Shown here one piece after another: positions 52,673 to 63,320 of a stretch of 64,000 bases of DNA (the stretch's first letter is position 1; the number at the start of each line of letters is the position of its first letter). Position numbers and translations under genes: made by a program. Below the pieces are notes generated by a model. That model saw nothing but the letters and a program-made list of their open reading frames with translations, was not told where the DNA came from and ran no database searches. Source of the stretch: the human T2T-CHM13v2.0 reference genome, Homo sapiens; the NCBI RefSeq assembly GCF_009914755.1, contig NC_060926.1, one strand, 5' to 3'.

Positions 52673-55600
52673 CTCTCCTGCTCTGCCCTGGCTCAGCCCT
52701 AGTGCCGGCTCTGCCCCTAGTCCTACTACATCCCTGGCCCTGACCCTTCCCTGGTCCAGCCACTGCCCTGGCCCTTCCCATCTTCAGGCCTTACCATGGC
52801 CCTACCCTGGTCCTGAACCTGCCCTGGTCTGGTCCTGACCCTGGCCCTACCCCAGAGAAGGGGTATGGCAGAGCCAGGGAAGGGCCGGGGCAAATAAGGG
52901 ACAGGACACATCCAAATCCAGGAAAGGGCCAGGGCCATGACAGAGCCAGGGCGAGTCCTTGGCAGGGCCAGGTTCCAGGCCAGGACCAGGAAAGGGTCAT
53001 GGCAGGGTCACTGTATGGCCAAGGTCCAGGCCAAAGCCAAGGCAGTGGCAGGGTCAGGTCTGCATAAGGGCAGGACCAGAGCCAGTGATACGGCAGGGCC
53101 AGGGCCAGGGCCAGGACTGTGTCAGGACAGAACCAGAGCAGAGCAGGGCAGGACCACAGCCAGGCCATAGAGAGAGTAGGGCAAATGCCAAGGCAATGCC
53201 AGGGTAGTGCCAGGGCTGAGGCAAGGTCAGGGAAGGTCCAGGGCTGAGTCGAGGCTAGAACCAAGACAGGGGCAAAGGCCGGGGCAGATCTAGGGCACAA
53301 GCGGGGCAGGCTAGGGCAGGGCAATGGCAAGACCAGGCCATGGCAGGGCCAGCCCAGGATAGAACAGGGCACAGGCAGGGCAGGGGCAGGGCCAGGGCCA
53401 CGGCTGGGGCAGGACAAGGACCAGGACTGGGGTCCAGGCCAGGGCAAGGGTATGGCCAGGGCAGAGGTAGGGCCAGAGCCAGGGTCTGAGCAGGACCAAG
53501 GCAGTCTATTGCAGGGCCAGGGTTCAGACCAGGGCCAGAGCAGGGCTGGGACAGGGCCAGGGCCAGAACCAGGAAAGGGCAATGTCAGGACAAGGGCCAT
53601 GGCAGGACCAGCAACGGGGCTAGGACCAGGACAGGGACAGGGACAGGGTCAGGGCTAGGGCCAGAATAGCATGCCAGGGTAGAGCCAGGCCAAATTAGGG
53701 CCAGGACAGGGTCAGGACCAGGGCTGGGCCAGGGTATGGCCTTAAGTAGTGAAGGGCCAGGGCCAGGGCCAGGGCCCATGCCAGTGCCAGCGCCAGTCCA
53801 GGGCAGACGCAGGGCCATGGCCAGGTCTAGGACAAGGCTGGGGCAGGGCCAAGGTCTGGGTCAGGGTCAGCACAAGACCAGGACAGAGCCAGGGGAGGGA
53901 CAGGGCCATGGTAGGGCCAGGTTAAATCAGGGACAAGACACCTGCAAATCCACTTCAGGGCCAGGGTCAGGGCAGGGCCAGTTCAGGGCCAGGGCCAAGA
54001 CAGGGCCAGGGTCAGGGCTGCCAGGGTCATTGGCAGGGCCAGGGCCATGGCAGGACCAGGGTCAGGAGCAGGGGTCAATGCCAGGCCAAGGCCACAGATA
54101 GGACCAGGTCTGTGCTAGGGCCAGTGTGAGGGCCAAGGTGGGGTCAGGGCAGGGCCAAAGGGAGGGCAGGGCCAGGGCAGGGTGGAGCAGGCCCAGGGTA
54201 GCACAGGGTTAAGGTAGGGCACGACCAACCAGGGCAGGTCTATGGCTGGGGCCGGGGCAGGGCCAGAGCCAGGGCACGGCCAAGACAGTGGCAGCTCCAG
54301 GACAGGGCCAGGGTTAGGACCACAGACATGTCCAAGGCCAGTGCCAGGGCAAGGGCAAGGGCAGGGGCAGGGCCAGGGTCATCTAAGAATTAGGGACAAA
54401 GCCAGGCCCAGAGCTGGGCCAGGACCGGTACCTGGCAGGGCTAGGGTCTGAGACAGGGCCACGGCAGGGCCAGGGCCACAACCAGGTCTGTGCTATGGCC
54501 AGGTCCAACACAGTGCCCAGGTAAGGCTAGGGTGAAGGCCAAGGTAGGGCCAGGGCAGGGTCAAAGCCAGGCTAGGGCCAAGGCAGGGCCAGGGCCGGCA
54601 AGGCAGGGCCAGGAAAGCATAGGGCCAGGGCAGGGCAGGGCCAGGCCAGTGCCAAGACCTGGGCAGGGCCAGGGCCAGGGCCATAGAAACGGCCTGGGCA
54701 GGACCAGGTTCGGGGCAGGAGCAAAACAAGGGCAAGGACAGTACAGGTTCTTGGCACAGCCAGGGTCCAGGACAGTGTCAGGGCAGGGCCAAGGCAGGGT
54801 CTGGGCCACGGTAAGACCAGCAACAGGGCTGGGGCTAGGTCAGTGACAGGACCAGAGTCAGGGCAAGGGCCAGAGCAGTGCAGGACCAGGGTAGGGCCAG
54901 GCATTTCAGGGTCAGGGCCATGGGAGAACCAGGGCAAGGTCTCAAGCAGGGAAGGGCCAGGGCCAGGACAGGTCCAGGGCAGGGCCACGACAGGACCAGG
55001 GGCTGCATTAGGGCAAGGGCAGGGCCAGAGCAAGGTAAGGGTCAGGGCCAAGGCTAGAGTACGGACAGGGCAAGAAATATGGCAGGACCAGGGGCAATGC
55101 CAAGGCCAAGGCTGAGTCAGGGCTGAGTCAGGGCAGGGCAGGGCAGGGCATGGTATGGCCAGTGCAGGACAGGACAAGAGCCGGTCCACAGAGAGAGCAG
55201 GGCTGATGCCAAGAAAGAGCCAGGCTAGTGCCAAGGCTGAGGCAGTGTCAGAGCATGTCCAGGGCAGGGCTGGGGCCGGGGCCAGAACTGAGCCAGGGCA
55301 CAGCCAAGGCAGGGTAGGGCAGGGAAATAGCATGGCCGGGTCAGTACTGGGACAGGGCAGAGCAGGGCAAGGCGATGGTAGGGGCAGGGCAGAGACAGGC
55401 CAATGCAGAGCCATGTTACACAGGGGCCAGGACAGCTCCAAGTCCACTTCAGGGCCAAGGCTATGGCAGGACAAAGACCAGGGCCAGGGTCAGAGCCAGG
55501 TCTGTGCTGGGCCTAGGGAAGACTAGGGTGAGGGCCAAGGTAAGGCCAGGGCAGGGTCAAAGGCAGAGTAGGGCCAGGGCAGGGTGATGACACATCCGGA

Positions 55601-56410
55601 GCACAGCAGGGCAGGGTGATGGCAAGACCAGGGGCAGACCACTGCCAGCTCAGGGCCAGGGAAAGGCCAGTGCAGAGCCAGGAAAGGGTCTGGGTCTGGG
55701 TCAGGGCCAGGAACAAGGCAGAGCAGGGCCAGGGCCATGGCAGAGTCAGGGCAGGTCCTTGACAGGACCAGGTTCCAGGCCAGGGCCAGGGCAGCAGCAG
55801 GGGCAGGGCCTGGATAAGGGCAGGGCCAGGGATATGGCAGGACCAGGGCTAGGGCCAGGGCCAGGCCATAGTGAGGGCAGGGCAAAAGCCAAGGCAGGGT
55901 CAGGGCAGGTCCAGGGCAGGTCCAGGGAGCGGCCAGCACCAAGCGGGGCCAAGGCACAACCAGCGCAAGGTAAAGCAGGGCAATGGCACCACTGGGCCAT
56001 GACAGGGCAAGGTCGTGCCAGGAGAGGGCAGAACAGGCAGGCCCATGGTGGGGCCAGGGCAGGGATGGGCCAAAGCAGGGCCAGGACATTTACAAGGCCA
56101 GGTCAGGGCCAGAACAGGAGCAGGACCATGACCATTGGCAGGGCCAGTGCCATGACAGGACCAGGGTCAGGACAAGGGGCAGGGCCAGAGCCAGGGCCAG
56201 AGCCAAGGTCAGGCCAGTGCAGGATCGGGGCAGGGCCAGTGCCAGGGCAAGACCAGGGCAGGGACAGGGTAGCACGGGGCCAAGACAGGGACAGGATGGG
56301 ACCAGAGCAGGACAGGGCCGAGAGTCCAGGTAACAGTAGGGCAGGTACAGGGCAAGGCAGGGCAGTACAGGGCCAGATCCACGGCAGGCACAGGGCAAAG
56401 CCAGGCCCAT
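52673..56410 (+). repeat. CAGGG repeat block 2 (first about 180 bp inverted, remainder G-rich on +)
   Basis: CCCTG units at 52673-52853, then about 3.55 kb of CAGGG/CAGGGC units with recurring longer motifs. Confidence 0.93.
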
Positions 56411-56419
56411 TGCCAATGC

Positions 56420-57695
56420 ACCAGCCCTCCCTACAAGGCTCCTACCACCTGGCCACTGCTGCAGCCCGTCCATCGCTGTAAGCCTGACTCCCAACCCTGC
56501 CTGCAGCCGCCTGCCCTCCTAGCACGGCCGCTCTCCTACCGTTCTGGTGCACTGCAGTCTCCGTCACTGCCACCCACCCGCAGCGAGGCGAGCCGTGGTG
56601 TTGCACGCTCTAGGTGTCTCCTCCTCCTCCTGGCACGGAGCAGCTGGGTGGGCAAAGCCAGAAAAGCCTAGAGGAAGTTGTGAGGAGTGGAAGCGTTAGA
56701 GCCTCAACTTGTCATGCTGGCCACTGGGTGGCAGGGGCCAGTTTCAGCAAAGGCACTCACACCCACCCTCCAAAGTCCAGCCTCTCCTTTTGGCCCAAGC
56801 TGGCCGGGAACTGGGGTCTGGGGTGGGTGCTGGAGACACCACAGCACCCAGCTCCCCACTCCACAGGAACCATTGGGCCCACCGGGGCTGCACTCCTCGG
56901 GGAACAGGAGAAGCAGACAAATTCAGACCCAGCCAGCCCTCCGCACCCAGGTGCCAATTCCTGTTCCGGACGCCTCCACACACAGGGCCCAGTCCCCCGT
57001 GGTGTCCCCAGGGGTGCCTGGCAGCCTCTGAGGCACAGACCCAGAGTGCACAGGCCCAGGAACCACGGTGGGTGTGGGGGCTCTGCCATGCTCAGGATTC
57101 CCATGCAAACGCTGCATGCCCTGCCGCACTCCAGTATGACCAAGAGTGGTTCGCCCTCTGGAGTGTGGAGTCAGGGAGAGGAGAACCACTCCTTCCTTGG
57201 ATGCCAACTCTGTTGACTGCTGCCAGCAGTGCAGCCCCTGATAGCACCGAACTCGCCCCCGCTCCACGGCTAGTCCTGCCCTCAATAGCGCCCCTCACCT
57301 CCGTCCCCCAATGCCGCCAGTAGCGTATACCCGATATGCCCTAACCTGTCCTCCTCCATGGGCGTTGCAGCCCCAGAAAGCACCCATAACCCACCCTCCC
57401 TGCCGTGGGCAGTGCAGCCCTGTGCAGTGCTACCAACCAGTACCCCTAATGCAGGCAATGACACCCTGGATAGCGCCCCCAACCCACCCCACACTGTGAA
57501 AGGTGCAGCCCTGGATAGCCCCTGTCCTACCACTCTGGTCATGCTGCAGTCTCTGTCACCGCCACCACCAACTACAGTGAGGCAAGCCAGTGGGCCGCAG
57601 GCTCTAGCTCCCAGCAGCCAGGCATGGAGCAGCTCTCGCTGATGGCCGGCTCCTACCACTCTGACCACGCTGCTGTCTGTCTCCGTGGCCATCTT
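56420..57695. repeat. REP522-like GC-rich pericentromeric repeat, part 1
   Basis: About 40-bp units GCAGTGCAGCCCC..GATAGCGCCCCCAACC at 57225-57520 and a recurring CCTACCACTCTGG..GCTGCAGTCTC motif. Family name from recall. Confidence 0.55.
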
Positions 57696-57699
57696 CTTT

Positions 57700-58989
57700 C
57701 ACTGCAAAGGAATAAAACTAGGTATCAATAAGAAAAGTAATTTTGGAAACAATACAATCACATGGAAGTTAAACACTACCCTCCTGAATAAATGACTAGC
57801 GGGTCAATGAAGATACTAAGACAGAAATTCAAAAATTTCATGAAACAAAGGGTAATGAAAACACAGTATACCAAAACTTGTTACGCAGAAAGCAGTACAA
57901 AGGCAGAGATTTACAGCTATAAGTGCCTACTATCCAAACAAAAGAAAAACTTCAAATAAACAATACATCTTAAAGAACTAGTAAAGTAAGAACAAACTAA
58001 ACCGAAAATAAGAAAACAAATAAGATCGTAGCAGAAACAAAATTGAAATAAAAAACACACAAGATTAAACGAAAAGTTGGTTTTCTGGAAAGCTAAACAA
58101 AATTGACAAACTTTTAACCAGCCTAAGAAAAGAGACAAGATTCAAATAAATAAAATCAACAGATTAAAAAAAGGAGACATTACAACTAATACTTCAGAAA
58201 TTCAATGGATCATAACTGGCTATCATATGCCAATAAATTGGAAAGCCTAGCAGAAATTGGCAAATTCCTAGATGCATACAACCTACTTAGATTAAACAAT
58301 GAAAACATCCAAGACCAGAACAGATTGGTAACAAGTAATGAGATTGAAGCCATCAGAAAAAGTCTCCCAGTAAAGAAAAGCCCAGGAACTGATGTCTTCA
58401 CTGCTGATGGCTTCACACCAAACAATTTAAAGACCTAGTACGAATCCTGCTCAAACTATTTTGAAAAACAGGAGGGAATACTTCCAAACTTATTCTATGA
58501 GACCATTATTACTGTGATACGAAAATCAGATAAAAGCATCAAAGAAGAAAACTACAGGCCAGGATCTCTAATATTGATGCAAAAATCCTCAACAAAATAC
58601 CAGTGAATCAAATTCAGTAATACATTAAAAAGATAATTCATCATGATCAAGTGGGATGTATCCTTGGAATGCAAGAGTCACTCAACATACAATGTGATAC
58701 ATCATATCAACCAAATAAACGACAAAAACTGTATGATCATGTCAACTGAAACCGAAAAAGCATTTGATGAAATTCAACATCCCTTCATGCTATAAATCCT
58801 CAAAGAAACGGGCACAGAAGAAACATACCGCAACATAATAAAAACTACAGGAAAGACACCCACAGCTAGAATCATACGGAATGCGGAAAAATAGAAAGCT
58901 TTTCCTCTAAGATCTGGAACATGATAAGGATGCCCCCTGTCACCACTGTTGTTTAACATAGTACCAGAAATCCTAGCTAAAGCAATCAG
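57700..58989 (+). mobile_element. Internal L1 ORF2 fragment (no 3' end)
   Basis: ORF2p-like YANKLESLAEIGKFLDAYNLLRLN...EIEAIRKSLPVKKSPGTDVFT. Also GATCAAGTGGGATGTATCC. Ends at CCTAGCTAAAGCAATCAG. Confidence 0.9.
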
Positions 58990-59480
58990 TGCAGCCCCTG
59001 ATATGGCCCCCAACCCACCCTGCCCCCTACCACCAGCAGTGTCGCCCCCCCCAATAGCACACCCAACATACCCTAACTGCCCCGCCTCCCCGCACCATGG
59101 GCATTACAGCACCCCATAGCGCCCTCAACCCCAAACCGCCACCCCCCCCACAGCCGCACAGTGCAGCCCCAGATAGCACACTTAACCCACCTCACTGTTG
59201 CCAGCAATACAGTCTGGGATAGTGCCCCCAACCGGCTCCCCGCCAAAGGCAGTGTAGCCCCGGTTTGAGCCCCCAAACCGCCCCCCCGCTGCAGGCAGCA
59301 CAGCCTCAGATAGCACACCCAACCAGCCACCCAAGACGGGCAGTGACGCCTGAGATAGGGCTCCCAACCCGTCCCAGGCCACCAGCAGTGCAGCCTGGAT
59401 AGCGCACTTACCCCGATGCCTTTTTCTACACTCTGGCTGGCTGCAGTGTCCATCGCTGCCACCAACCACAAACATGGCTG
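58987..59480. repeat. REP522-like GC-rich repeat, part 2
   Basis: About 10 degenerate 40-bp units CAGTGCAGCCCC.GATAGC.C.CCCAACC, the same unit as at 57225-57520. Confidence 0.6.
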
Positions 59481-59544
59481 CAAACAGGAAGGATTTTATT
59501 CACCGTCGATGCGGCCCCGAGTTGTCCCAAAGCGAGGCAGTGCC

Positions 59545-60190
59545 CCAAGGTCTGTGCAGAGCAGAACGCAGCTCCGCCCTCGCAATGCTCTCCGGGTCTG
59601 TGCCGAGGAGAACGCAGCTCCGCCCTTGCAAAAGCACACAGCGCTGGTGCCGGCGTGGCGGAGAGGCGGACAGCGGCGGAGAGGCGGCCAGCGTTGGCGC
59701 GGCGGAGAGGCGGCCAGCGGCGGCGCGGCGGAGAGGCGGCCAGCGGCGGCGCGGCAGAGAGGCGGCCAGCGGCGGAGAGGCGGCCAGCGTTGGCGCGGCG
59801 GAGAGGCGGCCAGCGGCGGCGCGGCGGAGAGGCGGACAGCGGCGGAGAGGCGGACAGCGGCGGAGAGGCGGATAGCGGCGGCGCAGCGGAGAGTCGGTCA
59901 GCGGCGGCGCGGCGGAGAGGCCAACAGCGGCGGCGCGGTGGAGAGGCGGACAGCGGCGGCGCGGCGGAGAGGCGGACAGCGGCGGAGAGGCGGACAGCGG
60001 CGGAGAGGCGGATAGCGGCGGCGCAGCGGAGAGTCGGTCAGCGGCGGCGCGGCGGAGAGGCCGACAGCGGCGGCGCGGTGGAGAGGCGGACAGCGGCGGA
60101 GAGGCGCACAGCGGCGGAGAGGCGCACAGCGGCGGCGCAGGCGCGGAGAGGCGCACAGCGCAGGCGCTGGCGCGGAGAGGCGCAGGCCCA
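59545..60190. repeat. Interstitial TAR1 (telomere-associated repeat): 37-bp-type units plus VNTR derived from 29-bp-type units
   Basis: GTCTGTGCAGAGCAGAACGCAGCTCCGCCCTCGCAATGCTCTCCGGGTCTGTGCCGAGGAGAACGCAGCTCCGCCCTTGCAAA closely matches recalled subtelomeric TAR1. It is followed by GGCGGAGAGGCGG(A/C)CAGC units that grade into GGCGCAGGCGCGGAGAGGCGC. Confidence 0.85.
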
Positions 60191-60610
60191 GGTCCACTCC
60201 CCAGCTGTGAAAGGGTAAGAGCTGAGGGTGGCTGAGACTCGGGGTTGTTCAGGGCGGGGTGGGCTCTGGACCCAGGAGGCCTGGCACCCAGGTCAGGGCT
60301 CCAGGGGAGGCCAGATGGGCGAAGGCCAAGAAGGGGCCGGGGCTGGTCAGGAAGGGCTCCTGGTGACCAGAGCACTTTGCGTGAGCCAGCGTGGGAGGAA
60401 GGTGGGCTGGATGAGCCAGGGAGGTGCCAGGAGGGGCCTTGGCAGAGGCGACCACCTCCGTCAGCCCCCAGGCCACTGAACCCTGGGTAGCGAGAACCGA
60501 CAGGGGAGGCTGCAGACAGAGGAGTGGAGGCTCCCCTGCTTTGGGGGCTCTGAGTAGAAGCATCTAGGGGGTCCCTCAAGAGGCCCCCAAACGCTTCCCC
60601 CGGTGAGAAA
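60170..60610 (-). pseudogene. FAM27-family-like sequence (likely lncRNA or pseudogene paralog)
   Basis: Minus-strand translations LPDQPRPLLGLRPSGLPWSPDLGARPPGSRAHPAL and, in another frame, PFTAGEWTWACASPR match my recollection of the annotated FAM27A/B/C peptide. Paralog and boundaries not determined. Confidence 0.6.
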
Positions 60611-60845
60611 AGAAGGCGCAGAGAGGGGCACGGCGCCGGCGCCGGCTCAGGCTCAGAGGGGCGCACAGCAAGATTTGCTGTGATTTCTTTTATTGCCCCA
60701 AGCGTACCTCACCTTGGTAGATTTCTATTGGCTTTAAAAATGTGTGTGTTTTGCTGTTGGGGAGTGGGGTGTTATACGGATGTCAAATTTTGCTGGTTGA
60801 CTGTTCAGATCTTTTGTAAATCCTTGCTCCTTTTCTGCCTAGTTT

Positions 60846-61109
60846 CACTCTGTCACTTACACTGGAGTGCGGTGGCACGAACATGACTCACTGCAGCCTT
60901 GACTTCCTAGGGTCAAGTACTTCCCCTGGCTTAACCTCCTGAGTAGCTGGTACTATAGGTGTGTGCCGGCACACCTGGCTAAATTTAAAATTTTTTGGAG
61001 AGATGAGGCCTTGCTATATTGCCCAGGCTCGAACTCCTGGCCTCAAGCTATCCTTTGTCTTTGCCTCCCAGAGTTCTGGGATTACAGGCATGAGCCACTG
61101 TGCCCGGCC
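60846..61109 (-). mobile_element. AluJ without poly-A tail
   Basis: Alu body flanked by TCTGCCTAGTTT at 60834-60845 and 61110-61121, with no T-run. Confidence 0.88.
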
Positions 61110-61222
61110 TCTGCCTAGTTTTAACAGTTGCTAAGAGGAGGATGTTGAAGTAGATGTCTTCTTGGTGGGTTAATCCTTTTGTCATTAAGCAGTTGTTATG
61201 GTCACTTCCTTTTCACCCCATT

Positions 61223-61680
61223 GGTGAAGGAGGGGTCCCTGCCCTAAAGTGTAGGAGATGGCTGAACACGACACCTGGCGTGGATGGATGAGATTGACAG
61301 CAGTGTTTTAGTCACATATACCCACAGCTCAGAGGAGGACACTGCATGCCACACAGGGTCAGATGGGCACCGCACTCTGTAGCGGAGTGAGGGCTGGGGG
61401 CTGAGGAAGCAGGCAGGCTTGGTAGTAACAAGAGCACACGATGACCAATGGTTCCCGAGGGGGAGAGCAATTGGCTTGTTTGAATAAATTCATGGGCTGG
61501 CAGACAGGTGAAGTGAAACTTCTTAGGCTGAGGTGCAACTGTTCTGGCTGATAAAAGAACTAGCCAGGTGGGGAGCCTTTCCTGTTGGGTGGCGGGGTAG
61601 GGGGTGTCTGGTAAAAACAGGAAAACCCACAGCTAGGCCTTTGGGGCCCTGTGAGGCTCAAAGATGTCAAGGCAGCATAG
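61223..61680 (-). mobile_element. ERVL LTR (MER74/MER73-like)
   Basis: GGATGAGATTGACAGCAGTGTTTTAGTCACATATACCCACAGC...GAGGACACTGCATGCCACACAGGG...GGCAGGCTTGGTAGTAACAAGAG. Confidence 0.55.
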
Positions 61681-61719
61681 GAAATTTTAGATCTTAAAAT
61701 TCAGCGAAGACCCTCTCCA

Positions 61720-63320
61720 GCTCTGGTAAATTATTTTGCTTGAAGTCTACTTCATGAGATATTAATATATTCACTCCTGCTTCCTTAAAAAATTAATGAT
61801 TTCACAGGATAACTTTCTCCATTCTTTTACTTTCAACCTACTTAGGTCCTTAAGTGAGTTTGAAGTTTCTTATGAACAGTATTTAGTTGGACCATGTGTT
61901 TATTATAGGCTCTCCATCAATCTGTCTTTTGGTTTATTTAGACCATTTACATTTAAGGTGCTTATTGTTACATAATTGCTTATGTCTGATGTTTTTATTA
62001 TTTGCTTGTTTCCTTTTTCTTTCCCTCCATCTTGATCTATTTCTGTATAATGTTGTTGCGTGTATCTGTTTGTATAGTCTTAAAGTGTTTGCTCTGGATG
62101 TTACAATATGTGTATTGTAATATAGTAGTCTACTGGTACCAGTATTTACCACTTCAAAGTGTGGAAACCTGCCTTGGATTTATGTCTCTTTACCTTTTCC
62201 ACTTGTATAAATCACTGGCTTGAGTAGTACGTGGTGGTATAGTTTTTGTTTCAGTCGTCAAATGTGATTTTAAGAACTGTGGATTGTCTCGTGTATGTAT
62301 CCACATTTCTGGTCTTTCCTTTGTCCCTCCTCCCATAGTCCCATATTCATCCCTTCTGCATAAGAACTTTCTGTAGCCATTTTTTATTTTGATTTTTTGT
62401 TTTAATTTTTTGTATTGTGGAAATGACAGAACATATTTCTGTAGCCACTTTTTAGCATTTCTAAATTGACCAGTGACAAATTCCTATATTCTCTTCCTCT
62501 GAGAATGTCTATATTTCTCTCTTCATTTCTGAAGGGTAGTTTCATGGAATATAGAATTTGCAGCCAACAGTTTTTTTGTTTGGTTGGTTTTTTTAAGCAC
62601 TTGAAAATGTTGTGCCACTTCCTTCTGGCCTCCATGGCATTTGAGTTGGCGTGTCCCTACAGGCATTCTGCCATTTTTGCTCTTTGTTTTTAGTTTTGAA
62701 AGTTTAATCAGTGTTGCTTTCTTTTGGTATACTTTGAGGTTTGCTCAGCTTCTTGAATCTGTAAGTTTATATCTTTCACCAAATGTGGGAAGCCTCAAGA
62801 ATTAGTTATTTGCATGCTTTCGCAGCTCTGGTCTCCTGTGGGACTCAGATAACATAAATGTGGGGTCTTTTGTTATCGTCCCACAGGTCCGTGCAGCTCT
62901 GTTCATTTGTTTTCAGGTTATTTTCTCTCTATTGTTTAGACTGGGTGAATTCTGTTGATCAGGTTTCAGCTTCTCTGATTCTCTCCTCTGTCGTCTCCAC
63001 TTTTACTCAATAGAGCCCATCCAGTTAGATTTTTTTAAAATTTCTGTTACTGTATTTTATATTTCTGTAATTTCCATTTGATTCTTCTTCAGTTTCTTTG
63101 CTGACGTTTTCAGTTCTTTGATTGTTGACATAGGATTTGTAGTTGCTTGTTGAGCATTTTTATACTGACTGTTATAAGTGATGAGTCAGGTGGTTCCAAC
63201 ATCTGCCTATGTAATTTTTTTATTTTTGCAGGCAGTCCTCCTGTTTAGGTTTAGTCTGTAGGTCTTGGTCTACTTTGTGGGCTGTGATTCCAATGGCAAT
63301 TTAATTTCAGAGCCTTCATG
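61720..63320 (-). mobile_element. Old L1M fragment (ORF1 region to ORF2 start)
   Basis: ORF 62402..62635 MEARRKWHNIFKCLK...QILYSMKLPFRNE resembles the L1 ORF1p C-terminus. HLKCKWSK resembles the endonuclease start read out of frame. Confidence 0.8.

Larger units (their letters stand above)
59500..60670. promoter_or_regulatory. CpG island
   Basis: Very high GC and CpG density compared with the CpG-depleted rest of the window. Confidence 0.8.

Noticed and set aside
50650-56494. Many overlapping 100-300 aa ORFs (GQGQG, PCPGP, ALALA)
   Set aside because: Translations of CAGGG repeats on both strands and in all frames, with no domain content.
57225-59410. Repeat-spacer-like ~40-bp units resembling a CRISPR array
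   Set aside because: Degenerate tandem repeats without unique spacers, no cas genes, and primate DNA.
59000-59550. Telomeric repeats or fusion site beside TAR1
   Set aside because: Only an isolated CCCTAA (about 59071). There is no tract or head-to-head array, so this is not a telomere-fusion signature.
59500-60666. 388-aa minus-strand ORF and overlapping Arg/Ala-rich ORFs
   Set aside because: Openness is explained by the GC-rich VNTR, and the listed start is not ATG. Only the FAM27-like similarity is retained.
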